Virus record (IMG/VR): IMGVR_UViG_3300035665_000034
Coordinates: 1-61,662 of that record
Strand: one strand, 5' to 3'
Length of the DNA stretch: 61,662 bases
Source of the DNA: a virus
Taxonomy: Duplodnaviria > Caudoviricetes
Each line of letters opens with the position of its first letter. The first letter of the stretch is position 1. A program made the translations under genes and the position numbers. Shown one piece after another: positions 25,613 through 34,120 of this stretch. The notes under the pieces were generated by a model that saw only the letters and a program-made list of their open reading frames with translations, was not told the origin of the DNA and made no database searches.

Positions 25613-27594
25613 TCGCCGCTCGCAGAAACTTCGATTGTGGCGACGGCGACGTCTTCGACTGCAACCGAGCCGACGACGAAGACTCGATGAAACCCCGCGA
25701 GGCTCACGGCGCGGACGAGCATCGACGCGTAGCGACCGACGTTCTCGCCGTACAGCGCTGCAGGCGTTTCGTCACGCCAAAGCGTCTCGATTCGCGAGCC
25801 TCGCCCGCGTTCGAGGGCGAAGCAGGCGAGTGCGATGCGCAACGCCTCGTCGACGATCACCTGCTCGCCGCCCGACAACGAACTCAAGTCGCCCGAGCGC
25901 CCGCGCAGCGAATCGTTCACGACTATCGCGAAGTCGTCGGCCTCGCCCTTGCCCGACTTCAGCGCGCGCGTCGTTCGCACGTCGACGCTGAATCGGTCGC
26001 CGTAGCAGGCCGAGAGCAGGTCGTTCGCGAGGTCGGCGACGCGTGGCCCTGCGCTCTCGATTTCGAGCGCCGGGATTCCTGTAGGCGAGAACGCCTTCAC
26101 GATCTTGTCGAGCGACCGAGCGCGCGCGAACGTCGGCCCGAGCAGAGCGCGCTTCTTCGCGATCTCGACGAGTTGCCGGTCGCAGTTCTGAAGGCGCTCG
26201 ATGCACTCCCCGATCCTGCGCGACACGGCACCGGCCGCCCTCGCGTTGTCCGCGAGCAGATCGCGAAGCGTCTCGACGGACTCGCCGCCCTCGGCGGCCT
26301 TCGACGCGTCGACGTCGGCTTGCGCGATGGCGAGTTCTTCGCGCAGCGTGGCGGCGACTTCGAGTTGTCGAGTCTGGACCTCGTAAGCCTTCCCGATCCT
26401 GTCCGCGAGCGCGTCGATCTTCCGCGACGCGACGAGACGATCTTCGGCCGCCTTCAAGTCGGCCTCGGACGAAACGACGATTCGCTCGTAGCTCGCGAGC
26501 TTTTCGATCTGCTCGTCGAGCATTCGCTGAATCTCGACAGTCGTTCGCGCCTGCTCGATTGCGTCGCCGAGCAGCGCGCAGCCCGAGAACTTGCCTTCGC
26601 CTTTGCATGGCACCGATTCGAGCAGACGTTCGGCCTTCTTCGCGCGTTCGAGACTGGACTTCAAACCTTCGATCTCGCGCCGCGCATCCCTCGCCTTGAG
26701 CTTCCACTCGGCGAGGCTTTCGCGCGCCCTCTCGACTTCTCCCTCGTCGGTGTCGGGCGCGATGCCGATGCCGCGCATGTCGTGGCGCGCGGTCTTGATC
26801 TCCGACTTGGCCCACGCGAGGTCTTCTTCGGTCGCGTCGAGCTTCTTCGCGAGCGCGTCGCGCTTCGCGATCCGTGCGTCGAACTCCCGTCGCGCCCTGT
26901 CGCGTTCGTGTGCCGCAGGCGCGCGGGCTTCGAGCTTCACGCGCTCGGCGACGCGCTCGTCGTCCGCGTCGTTGGCCTCGCGCAGTTCGCGAGCGAGCAC
27001 GTCGCGCGACGCCTTCATCGTCGCCTCGGTTGTCTCGATGCCCTCGAACGCGGCGAGGTCGAGCGCTTCGCGCTTCGCTTTCGCTGCGCGGGCGATGTCG
27101 TTCATCCGTCCAAGGTCGAGGTAGTACGCGAACAATTCGCGGCGCTCGGCGACGGGCAGAACGGCGAAGCGCCCCGCGCCGCCCTGCGACGCGAACGCCG
27201 TCGCGTAGAACGACGACGACTCGCCGAAGACGCGAACGACTTCCTCGTCGAACGACTTCAGCTTGCCGTCGGTCTTCACGCCTGCGCGCGACATGACCGC
27301 GCCCTTCAGCGTGGTCGTCCCGTTCTCGACGCGGAGCGTGGTCTTCTCGCCGTCGATCTCGTAGGCGTTCTCGATGAACGCGCCCGGCGCCATCCACGAC
27401 TGGATGTTCGACGGCGTGCGCGTCGGGAGTTCGCGGTACATGACGCCCGGGGCGAGGCATTCGAGCAGCGTGGTCTTCCCCGCGCCGTTCGGTCCCGTGA
27501 TCGCGATCACGCCGGGAGGCAGGGCAGAGAAGTCGAGTTCGACCGTGCGGTCGTACCGCGTCACGCCGCAGAATTTCGAGCGAAGAACCTTCAA
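25591..27594 (-). CDS. sbcC: SbcC/Rad50-like recombination ATPase
   Basis: GPNGAGKT, coiled coil, Cys hook-like segment, LSGGE signature, DE Walker B; TTG start with GGAGG. Confidence 0.9.
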   Translation of the reverse strand: MKVLRSKFCGVTRYDRTVELDFSALPPGVIAITGPNGAGKTTLLECLAPGVMYRELPTRTPSNIQSWMAPGAFIENAYEIDGEKTTLRVENGTTTLKGAVMSRAGVKTDGKLKSFDEEVVRVFGESSSFYATAFASQGGAGRFAVLPVAERRELFAYYLDLGRMNDIARAAKAKREALDLAAFEGIETTEATMKASRDVLARELREANDADDERVAERVKLEARAPAAHERDRARREFDARIAKRDALAKKLDATEEDLAWAKSEIKTARHDMRGIGIAPDTDEGEVERARESLAEWKLKARDARREIEGLKSSLERAKKAERLLESVPCKGEGKFSGCALLGDAIEQARTTVEIQRMLDEQIEKLASYERIVVSSEADLKAAEDRLVASRKIDALADRIGKAYEVQTRQLEVAATLREELAIAQADVDASKAAEGGESVETLRDLLADNARAAGAVSRRIGECIERLQNCDRQLVEIAKKRALLGPTFARARSLDKIVKAFSPTGIPALEIESAGPRVADLANDLLSACYGDRFSVDVRTTRALKSGKGEADDFAIVVNDSLRGRSGDLSSLSGGEQVIVDEALRIALACFALERGRGSRIETLWRDETPAALYGENVGRYASMLVRAVSLAGFHRVFVVGSVAVEDVAVATIEVSASGDVKLTAR

Positions 27595-27623
27595 GACGCA
27601 ACCTCCGTCCGTTCGCGGACCTG

Positions 27624-27651
27624 ATACGCGGAACGGCGTCGGGTCTTTACG
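27624..27651 (-). promoter_or_regulatory. ECF-type promoter (copy 4)
   Basis: CGTAAA-N17-CGTAT. Confidence 0.75.
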
Positions 27652-28084
27652 CTGGAGACGGCTTTTTCAGGTCGCGACGCGCTGCTTCGAGTTGCGCCCG
27701 CAGCATGTCGACTTCGGCTTGAAGCGCATCGCACTTCACGTCGAACGCGTGCGCCTTCTTCAGCGCGGTGTCGGTTTCGACATCGGCGTCTTCGATCTCG
27801 TCTAACGCAGCAGCGAGTTTTTCGCGGGCTTCTTCGAGGTCCGCTCGCGCTTCCTCAAGCTCGTCCGTCAGTTCGGCGTTCTTCTCGTCGAGTTCGGTCT
27901 CGTTCTGCTCCGACCTCTTGCGCGCTTCGAGCGCGTCGAGCAGCGGACGAACGTGCTCGGGAGGGATCGCGATCCCGAGCCCGTCGAACTGCGCGTCCTT
28001 CAGCTTCAGAACGAAGTCGTCGAAGTTGTCGTCGAGCGCGATGTCGCCAGCCAGAAAGAGCGGTTCGTATTCGATGCACTTCAT
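27647..28084 (-). CDS. acidic coiled-coil protein
   Basis: Heptad pattern. Confidence 0.65.
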   Translation of the reverse strand: MKCIEYEPLFLAGDIALDDNFDDFVLKLKDAQFDGLGIAIPPEHVRPLLDALEARKRSEQNETELDEKNAELTDELEEARADLEEAREKLAAALDEIEDADVETDTALKKAHAFDVKCDALQAEVDMLRAQLEAARRDLKKPSPA

Positions 28085-28257
28085 CGCGGGCGCTCCACGA
28101 GCCGGACCTTCTCGGGCTTGTCTTCGGCTTCGGGCGCGAGTTGCGCCCGTCGCAACTCCTCGCGCGCCGCGCCGAGTTCGTCGCGCGCCTTGTCGAACGC
28201 GACGTGCGCCGCTTCGAGTCGCCGGATCGCCTTCTGAAGTTGCGCCTCGGCGTTCAC
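28081..28257 (-). CDS. small coiled-coil protein, 58 aa (not in ORF track)
   Basis: GTG start; overlaps both neighbours. Confidence 0.55.
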   Translation of the reverse strand: MNAEAQLQKAIRRLEAAHVAFDKARDELGAAREELRRAQLAPEAEDKPEKVRLVERPR

Positions 28258-28580
28258 TTCGACGCCTCGGCCGCTTCCTTCGCGAGACGTTCGGCGACGA
28301 ACTCGCGCACGAAGTCGAACGTCTCGTCGATCATCGTCGGCGGGCAGGGCATCGAGAGCGACACGTCGACGCGCGCCGACGTGAAGTTGCCGAGGTTGAT
28401 CGTCACGCCCTGCGCGTAACCGACGACGGCCTTCGGCGCGGGCGTCTTCGACGCAGGCCCGAGAGCTTCGACGGTCGCCGTCTCGGCCTTCGTCGTCTCG
28501 GTGCGGCGACCGGACTTCGCGCCCGACGCCTTCTCGACGGTGACTTCGAGGGTTCCAGATTCGCGATCTTTCGTCGTCAT
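28254..28580 (-). CDS. phage hypothetical protein
   Basis: GVTINLGNFTSARVDV motif. Confidence 0.65.
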   Translation of the reverse strand: MTTKDRESGTLEVTVEKASGAKSGRRTETTKAETATVEALGPASKTPAPKAVVGYAQGVTINLGNFTSARVDVSLSMPCPPTMIDETFDFVREFVAERLAKEAAEASK

Positions 28581-28795
28581 TTTCCGATCCCTTCTTCGAG
28601 TTTCTTCGCGCAGTTCGGGCAGAGGATTTCGTTCACGAAACCGCGCGTCTTCGGTGTCTTGCTCGCGAGCGATCCAAGCTCGGTCGCGTGGATGAAAACG
28701 CGGCACCATCCGGCGACCGAGTGACCGGGGCGAAGCCCTCGGCCGCACTCGGCGCATTCGACGACAGGCGGCGCGCGTGTCTGCGTTGCGCTCAT
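28577..28795 (-). CDS. small zinc-finger protein
   Basis: CAEC...CPNC. Confidence 0.6.
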   Translation of the reverse strand: MSATQTRAPPVVECAECGRGLRPGHSVAGWCRVFIHATELGSLASKTPKTRGFVNEILCPNCAKKLEEGIGK

Positions 28796-29901
28796 CGAGA
28801 GCATGACGTCGCGATCTCCGAGAAGACGTTCACGTCGCCGTCGTCGACTGCGATGTCTGAAGCGTTGCACCACGCCTCGAACTTCTCCGCGAGCGAGGTC
28901 GACTTCGCGATCTCGCTCGATCCCTTGCGCTCGGTGACGACTCGCGCCCGGTTCACCTTCGCGGCGAATGCCGTGTAGCCCGCTGCCATGAGTCGCGTTC
29001 GGGCCTTGCCGATTGCATTCTTGATCTCGGTCTCGTTCTCGTTCGTGACGTCGAGCACGATCTTCGCCGACGAGTGCGGCACGACCTTCGTCGGTTCGCG
29101 GTCGAGCGAGCCCTTCGCGTCGATCACGAACACGTCCTTGCGCGGAGAGTTCAGCGCGTAGAACGTCACTTCGCCCGTCTCCGTGTCGCCGATGCTAAAC
29201 CCGCGCCCGCCCGCCTCGCCGTGTTCGTTGAAGAACAGAGCGCCGCCGTAAGCGACGAGCGCGCCGTGCGACACGTCCAAGTCCTGCGGCTCGTGGTAGT
29301 GCCCGAGCAACGTCACCGGGGCGCGCTGCGCGAAGAAGTCGGCCTCGAAAAGCGGGTCGCTCGTGAGCGTCGCGGGCTGTCCCGAACCGACCTTCGCAGA
29401 CGAGACCGCCGCGTGGGCGAAGATCACGTCGAAGCCCGGGCCGCGCTCGTTGAGCACGCGTTCGTACTCTGCGCGGACGTGCCGCGTGTACGCCGCATCG
29501 TCGAGGGCCTCGCCTGCCGACCTATCGATCCACGGCAGGAGCGCGATGCGCGCCGGGCGAATCGCGCCGACGCCGAGTCGAAGCGGGCTCTCGATGAACG
29601 AGACGTCGCCGAGGAAGTTCAGGAACGCGAACTCCTCGGGCTGGTCGTGATTCCCGCGAAGAACGAAGACCTCGCCGTCTTCTGGCAAGGTGGAGCGCAG
29701 GTCGCTGACGAACGAGCACAAGGCGTTCCGCTCTTTCGCGCTCGGGCGGTGCGGCACTTCGCGCCCGCACAAGTCGCCGCCGATCACCACGAAGTCGACG
29801 CCCGCTTCCTTCACGATTCGCACGACCTCGTCGAGCCCTTCGCGCTGCCATTCGAGGTCGCGTTCGATGAGGTGAAGGTCGGTGACGAATGCATATTTCA
29901 T
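28792..29901 (-). CDS. sbcD: SbcD/Mre11-like nuclease
   Basis: TDLH, GGDL, GNHD, AH, GHYH metallophosphoesterase motifs. Confidence 0.9.
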   Translation of the reverse strand: MKYAFVTDLHLIERDLEWQREGLDEVVRIVKEAGVDFVVIGGDLCGREVPHRPSAKERNALCSFVSDLRSTLPEDGEVFVLRGNHDQPEEFAFLNFLGDVSFIESPLRLGVGAIRPARIALLPWIDRSAGEALDDAAYTRHVRAEYERVLNERGPGFDVIFAHAAVSSAKVGSGQPATLTSDPLFEADFFAQRAPVTLLGHYHEPQDLDVSHGALVAYGGALFFNEHGEAGGRGFSIGDTETGEVTFYALNSPRKDVFVIDAKGSLDREPTKVVPHSSAKIVLDVTNENETEIKNAIGKARTRLMAAGYTAFAAKVNRARVVTERKGSSEIAKSTSLAEKFEAWCNASDIAVDDGDVNVFSEIATSCSR

Positions 29902-29908
29902 GGTCTTG

Positions 29909-29936
29909 ATACGCCTCTCGCCGTCGAGTCTTTACG
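29909..29936 (-). promoter_or_regulatory. ECF-type promoter (copy 5), 7 nt before sbcD ATG
   Basis: CGTAAA-N17-CGTAT. Confidence 0.75.
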
Positions 29937-30108
29937 GCCGCAGGATCAACGCACAACGATTGCAGATCGCGAGCGCCGAGATTCGCCCGGCAGACGAGAC
30001 GACGTGGCCGCCTGCGTCGTTCCGTTCGTGCTCGCATTCGAGCAGCTTGCGCGCGTGCAACTTCTCGCGCGCGGACTCGGAGAGCTTCGGCATTCGATCA
30101 CGAGCCAT
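29932..30108 (-). CDS. small Cys/His protein, 58 aa (not in ORF track)
   Basis: MARDRMPK...CEH...CNRC; TAA lies in promoter -35 box. Confidence 0.5.
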   Translation of the reverse strand: MARDRMPKLSESAREKLHARKLLECEHERNDAGGHVVSSAGRISALAICNRCALILRP

Positions 30109-30616
30109 GACGTGCGCCCCACCACGCGATCAACGCCGCGTCCGCAACGCCGACGTCCGCGACCCGCTTGCCGGGCATGACGAGCGGCAGGTTCGGAATC
30201 AGGCGCGAGCACGCGATCAAGGCGCGCTCTTTGCCCTCGCCGGTCACGCCGACGAACGCCTTCGCCTGCCAGCGTTGCGGCGTCACGACGACGAACGGGA
30301 TCTCCATCGCCGTGAGCAGCCCGATCCAAAGCCCGAACCCGTAGCCCGTCTTCCACGTCGACGACACGCCCTGTCGCGGCATCGCCTGAGAGTGCTCGAT
30401 GAACACCGTCGAGCGCCCGAGTCGGACGCCCTTCAGCGCGTCGCGCATCCCTGCGACGTCGTACTCTCGCCGCGAGCCCGTCGCCTTCGCCGACTTGAAC
30501 GTCGGCGTCTTCATCGCGGTCTCGTCGATGAGCGAGTCGGCGTCGGTCGTGAAGCCGACGACCGCGCCGTCGAGCCCGGGATCGATCCCGAACACGCGGC
30601 GGGACTGCGCGCTCAC
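30098..30616 (-). CDS. RuvC-like Holliday junction resolvase
   Basis: GIDPG, VFIE, QGVSS, PQRW, ADAALIA. Confidence 0.85.
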   Translation of the reverse strand: MSAQSRRVFGIDPGLDGAVVGFTTDADSLIDETAMKTPTFKSAKATGSRREYDVAGMRDALKGVRLGRSTVFIEHSQAMPRQGVSSTWKTGYGFGLWIGLLTAMEIPFVVVTPQRWQAKAFVGVTGEGKERALIACSRLIPNLPLVMPGKRVADVGVADAALIAWWGARHGS

Positions 30617-30801
30617 TTTTCGCCTCGCGCTTCGTGCGCTGCCTGCTTCTCCCAAAACCGGGCGAACAGTTCGTCGAGGTTGGCGCGCAAGTTGTCGATC
30701 TCCCTGCCCGACGCCTCGGCCCGAAGACGCGACGCTTCAGCGTGCGCGCGTTCTTCTGCCGCGACCTCGGCGGCCGTGAGTTCTTTGCGGGCCGCGTTCA
30801 T
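30613..30801 (-). CDS. small coiled-coil protein
   Basis: ATGA/GTGA overlaps. Confidence 0.55.
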   Translation of the reverse strand: MNAARKELTAAEVAAEERAHAEASRLRAEASGREIDNLRANLDELFARFWEKQAAHEARGEK

Positions 30802-31226
30802 TCGCGTTTCCCGCCGTGCTTGTGCGGGCGCGTCGCGTTGAAAGCCATCTTCGCCTCGACCGCTGCCTCGATGTCGATGCCGAGATCGCACGCCATGTCG
30901 AGAACGCGAATGATCACGTCGGCGAGTTCCATCGGGATGCCCTCGAACTTCACGCCGTTGGCAGCGTCGTTGATCGTCCGCTCGTTCGACTCGACGTCGA
31001 GCGGCCCGAGCCGACGCGCGATCTCGACGCCGAAACTGACGAAGTAGATCACGCCGGGATCTCGGCCCGCGCGATGCTCCTCGTACATTTCGGAGACCTC
31101 GGAGTGAATCAGCGCGGCGTATTGAGCGACAGGCACGGGCTTGTCGTGCCAGCCCTTCGAGCACGCGATCTCGCACGCGTCGTTCGCCAGTTCGTTCAGC
31201 GTTCGGCCTCGGGGTTTGTCGCTCAT
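30798..31226 (-). CDS. MazG-like nucleotide pyrophosphohydrolase
   Basis: ALIHSEVSE..E...ELADVIIRVLD...KMAFNATRPHKHG. Confidence 0.85.
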   Translation of the reverse strand: MSDKPRGRTLNELANDACEIACSKGWHDKPVPVAQYAALIHSEVSEMYEEHRAGRDPGVIYFVSFGVEIARRLGPLDVESNERTINDAANGVKFEGIPMELADVIIRVLDMACDLGIDIEAAVEAKMAFNATRPHKHGGKRE

Positions 31227-32347
31227 TCGTCCTCGCCTTCTTCGAGTTCTTCGCCCTCGGCGAAGCCCTCGGCCTCGTGTTTCTCCAGCGTCTCGACGCT
31301 CACCTTGCCGATGCGCTCGCGGATGTTGCGGCGGATCTTCTCGAAGTCGTCGGGGCGCGTCTCGGCGATCTTGCGCATCCCCGAGACGCCCTGAATCGCG
31401 AAGACGGTCTCCTCGTCGAGCGCGACTTCGTACCAGCCCTTTTTGGTCGAGTGCGCGAGGCCGACGGCGAGCGCTGCGTTCAGCGTGTCGCCGCCCGGGT
31501 CGAAGCCCTTGCCGAACAGGATCGGCACACGCGCTACGGTGAACGGGCGTCCGACCTGATTCTTCGCCGTCAGGATCTCGACGTCGTTACCCTCGCGATC
31601 TTCGCCTTCGCGCGCCGACGACTTGCCGACCCTGCCGCGAGGCTTCGACGAACGAAAAAGGAAGATGATCGACGCGTAGAAACTGGCTGACTTGCCGACG
31701 CCGATCTTGCGCTTGCCCTGCCCGGGCCCAGCGCCTCCGACCGTCGCTCGAACCTGCGAGATCCCGAACAGGATCGCCCGCGAGTCCGAGAGCGTCGGAT
31801 TGAACTTCGCCATGCCGCGCGAGTAGGCGCGGGCCTCGGGCGGATAGCCTTCGTCGTCCCACTCCTGCTCACTCGTGCGACGCGCGATGGCACCTTGAAG
31901 CGAGTCCCACACGAAGATCAACGGCGCGTCCTTCGACTGCTCGCGAACGACGGCGCAAGTTCGCTCCATGATCGTGAAGCCCTGCTCGATGTATTTCGGG
32001 TGAACGACGCAGAGTTCGTCAGTGTTCACTCCGATGGCGCGGGCGTAGACGAGATCGAGCTTGCGCTCGAAGTCGAGAAGCACACCGACGCCGCCGAGCT
32101 TCTGAACTTCGGCGATGGCGTGAAGGCCCTGCGTCGTCTTGCCGCCCGCTTCGTCACCGTGCGCGACGATGAACCGGCCCTCGGGGTAGCCGCCGATGCC
32201 CGTCGCGACGTCGATGCCGAGGATGCCCGAAGGGATCACACGCGGCATCGAGCCCGAGCCCGTGTCGCGCAGCGCGCCCTTGAACTCGTCGCCGAGCGTC
32301 GCCTTCACGCCGCGCGCGATTGCGGCCTTGACCGAGCGTTTCGCCAT
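31223..32347 (-). CDS. recA: RecA/UvsX-like recombinase
   Basis: IDVATGIGGYPEGR, GDEAGGKTT, WDS, ISQVR, KNQV. Confidence 0.9.
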   Translation of the reverse strand: MAKRSVKAAIARGVKATLGDEFKGALRDTGSGSMPRVIPSGILGIDVATGIGGYPEGRFIVAHGDEAGGKTTQGLHAIAEVQKLGGVGVLLDFERKLDLVYARAIGVNTDELCVVHPKYIEQGFTIMERTCAVVREQSKDAPLIFVWDSLQGAIARRTSEQEWDDEGYPPEARAYSRGMAKFNPTLSDSRAILFGISQVRATVGGAGPGQGKRKIGVGKSASFYASIIFLFRSSKPRGRVGKSSAREGEDREGNDVEILTAKNQVGRPFTVARVPILFGKGFDPGGDTLNAALAVGLAHSTKKGWYEVALDEETVFAIQGVSGMRKIAETRPDDFEKIRRNIRERIGKVSVETLEKHEAEGFAEGEELEEGEDE

Positions 32348-32348
32348 G

Positions 32349-33530
32349 TCACTTGCCCGCCTTCTTCTTCGCGCGAGCGAGGAGCATCTTCTGGAGTTCG
32401 TCGATCTCGGCCTCGTCCTCGTCGTCGACCTTCTCGGCATCGGCCTCGAACGGCGGGTCGTCCTCGACGACGGGCTCGGGCTTCTTCTCGGGGGCGGCCG
32501 TGCGACCGACGACACGCGAAGGCCCGACGACACGCGAAGGCCCGACGACACGCGACGCGGGCGTGGGGGCGCGCGTCGCGGTCTTCGTCTCGGGCTCCGT
32601 CTTCGCCCTCGGCGCGGGCTTCATCTCGGCCATCGTTGACGACTTGTCGCAGGCGGTCGCGCACGGACCCTTGAACGGGCACTTGACGCACGTCGGGTCC
32701 TTCGCGTCGTGTTCATTCTCGAAGCACGAGGGCGGCGTCGCCGAGGTCGATTCTTCGGCCTCGCTGCTCGTTCCTCCCACCATGTCGGCGAGCGTGTCGA
32801 ACGAACGAACGAACGCGGTCGCGAGCCCGAGAAGGTCGTTCTCGCCCGACTCGATGGCGCGAACTGCGGCGCGCATCGGCTTCGGGATCCTCACGGGCGT
32901 TCGCAGCGTTTCGACGTCGGGGCCGCCCGAGTAACGCGTCGACTTGAAGTCGGTGCCGACGCGAGTGATCCGAACGTAGGTCGCCGCGTCGGGATCGGTG
33001 ATGTCGCCCGCGTCGGAGATCGCGTCGAACACGATCTCGCGCTGCTTGAAGCTGGCGAACCACGGACGGATCACGCGCTCGTGCTCGGCGACCTCGGTGC
33101 GTCGGCCCTTCGGGTCGATGAAGGCAATCGGGATCACGTTGAACAGCCACGATTGCTTGCGGCGCTCGTCGTCGCCTTCCTCGAACGCCGCGCAGACGGG
33201 GCACCCCTCGTCGACGTCGAGTTCGACCGCCCACTCGGGCTTGCCGTTCTCGATGTTGCGTTCGTTGCGCGCGGCGAGCGCGTTCTGCGCGGCGTCGGTG
33301 AAGACGAACGAGTCGCGAGCGATGCACGCGACCATCTTCCGCTCGGGACCGATCCCGTAGTGAAGATCGACCTCGACGCAGGGGTAGTCGCCCATCGCCG
33401 CACTCGGCGGGCAGATGTAGACGATCCACGTCCCCGGCGCGGAGACCTTGAACATGTCGGGTCGCGCGGGTCGTTCGCGCGACGAGGACTCCTCGACGCG
33501 TCGTTCGCGGAACTTGGAGACGTCCATCAC
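32349..33530 (-). CDS. gp32-like single-stranded DNA-binding protein
   Basis: CPVC, ITDP...ITR.G....TRY, acidic C-terminus; next to recA. Confidence 0.7.
   Translation of the reverse strand: MMDVSKFRERRVEESSSRERPARPDMFKVSAPGTWIVYICPPSAAMGDYPCVEVDLHYGIGPERKMVACIARDSFVFTDAAQNALAARNERNIENGKPEWAVELDVDEGCPVCAAFEEGDDERRKQSWLFNVIPIAFIDPKGRRTEVAEHERVIRPWFASFKQREIVFDAISDAGDITDPDAATYVRITRVGTDFKSTRYSGGPDVETLRTPVRIPKPMRAAVRAIESGENDLLGLATAFVRSFDTLADMVGGTSSEAEESTSATPPSCFENEHDAKDPTCVKCPFKGPCATACDKSSTMAEMKPAPRAKTEPETKTATRAPTPASRVVGPSRVVGPSRVVGRTAAPEKKPEPVVEDDPPFEADAEKVDDEDEAEIDELQKMLLARAKKKAGK
32506..32555. repeat. 18-bp in-frame tandem repeat (SRVVGP)
   Basis: ccgacgacacgcgaaggc x~2.8. Confidence 0.85.
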
Positions 33531-34051
33531 TCACCCCTCCCGAGCCGCCCTCGGCGGCTGTCGTTGTCGCTGTTGATCTTGCCCGTCGGGCGCGGTGCGC
33601 GCGTGTCGACGGCGACGGCCTCCGTGTCGAGCTTCGCGCGCGACGCGTCGACGCGGATGCGAAGAAGCTGCGCCTTCAGACGCAGCGCCTCGCGATACTG
33701 CGCGACGAACTCGGCGCGCTCGACGTTCGCCGCGATGTAGTCCTTGAACTCGGCGAACTTGACGTCGGCCTCGACGATGTTCTTCACGCGCCACTCGGGC
33801 AGCTTGTCGCCCGACGTGACGGCGATCTCGGACGCGCGCGCGCGCCACGCGCGGTACTCGGCGTCGAGTCGGTCGCCCTCGGCGGCGAACATCGCCGACA
33901 GTTCGACGACCTGCGAGAACGCGTTGGCGACTTGCTCGGTGTCGGCGTCCAGATCGCCCGTGAGCTTGAGGTCGTCCGTGCCGAGCGTGACCGCACACTC
34001 GACCTCCTCATCGAGCCCTCGGTCCGCAAAATACTTGAAAGTCCGATACAT
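33527..34051 (-). CDS. UvsY-like helical recombination mediator (tentative)
   Basis: All-helical, 174 aa, upstream of SSB and RecA; start MYRTFKYF. Confidence 0.45.
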   Translation of the reverse strand: MYRTFKYFADRGLDEEVECAVTLGTDDLKLTGDLDADTEQVANAFSQVVELSAMFAAEGDRLDAEYRAWRARASEIAVTSGDKLPEWRVKNIVEADVKFAEFKDYIAANVERAEFVAQYREALRLKAQLLRIRVDASRAKLDTEAVAVDTRAPRPTGKINSDNDSRRGRLGRGE

Positions 34052-34092
34052 GTTTCCGTCCTGTCCCTTCGTTCTTCTCGTTCGTGATCCTG

Positions 34093-34120
34093 ATACGCCC
34101 TGCGCCGTCGAGCCTTTACG
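34093..34120 (-). promoter_or_regulatory. ECF-type promoter (copy 6)
   Basis: CGTAAA-N17-CGTAT; contains dnaE TAA. Confidence 0.75.
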
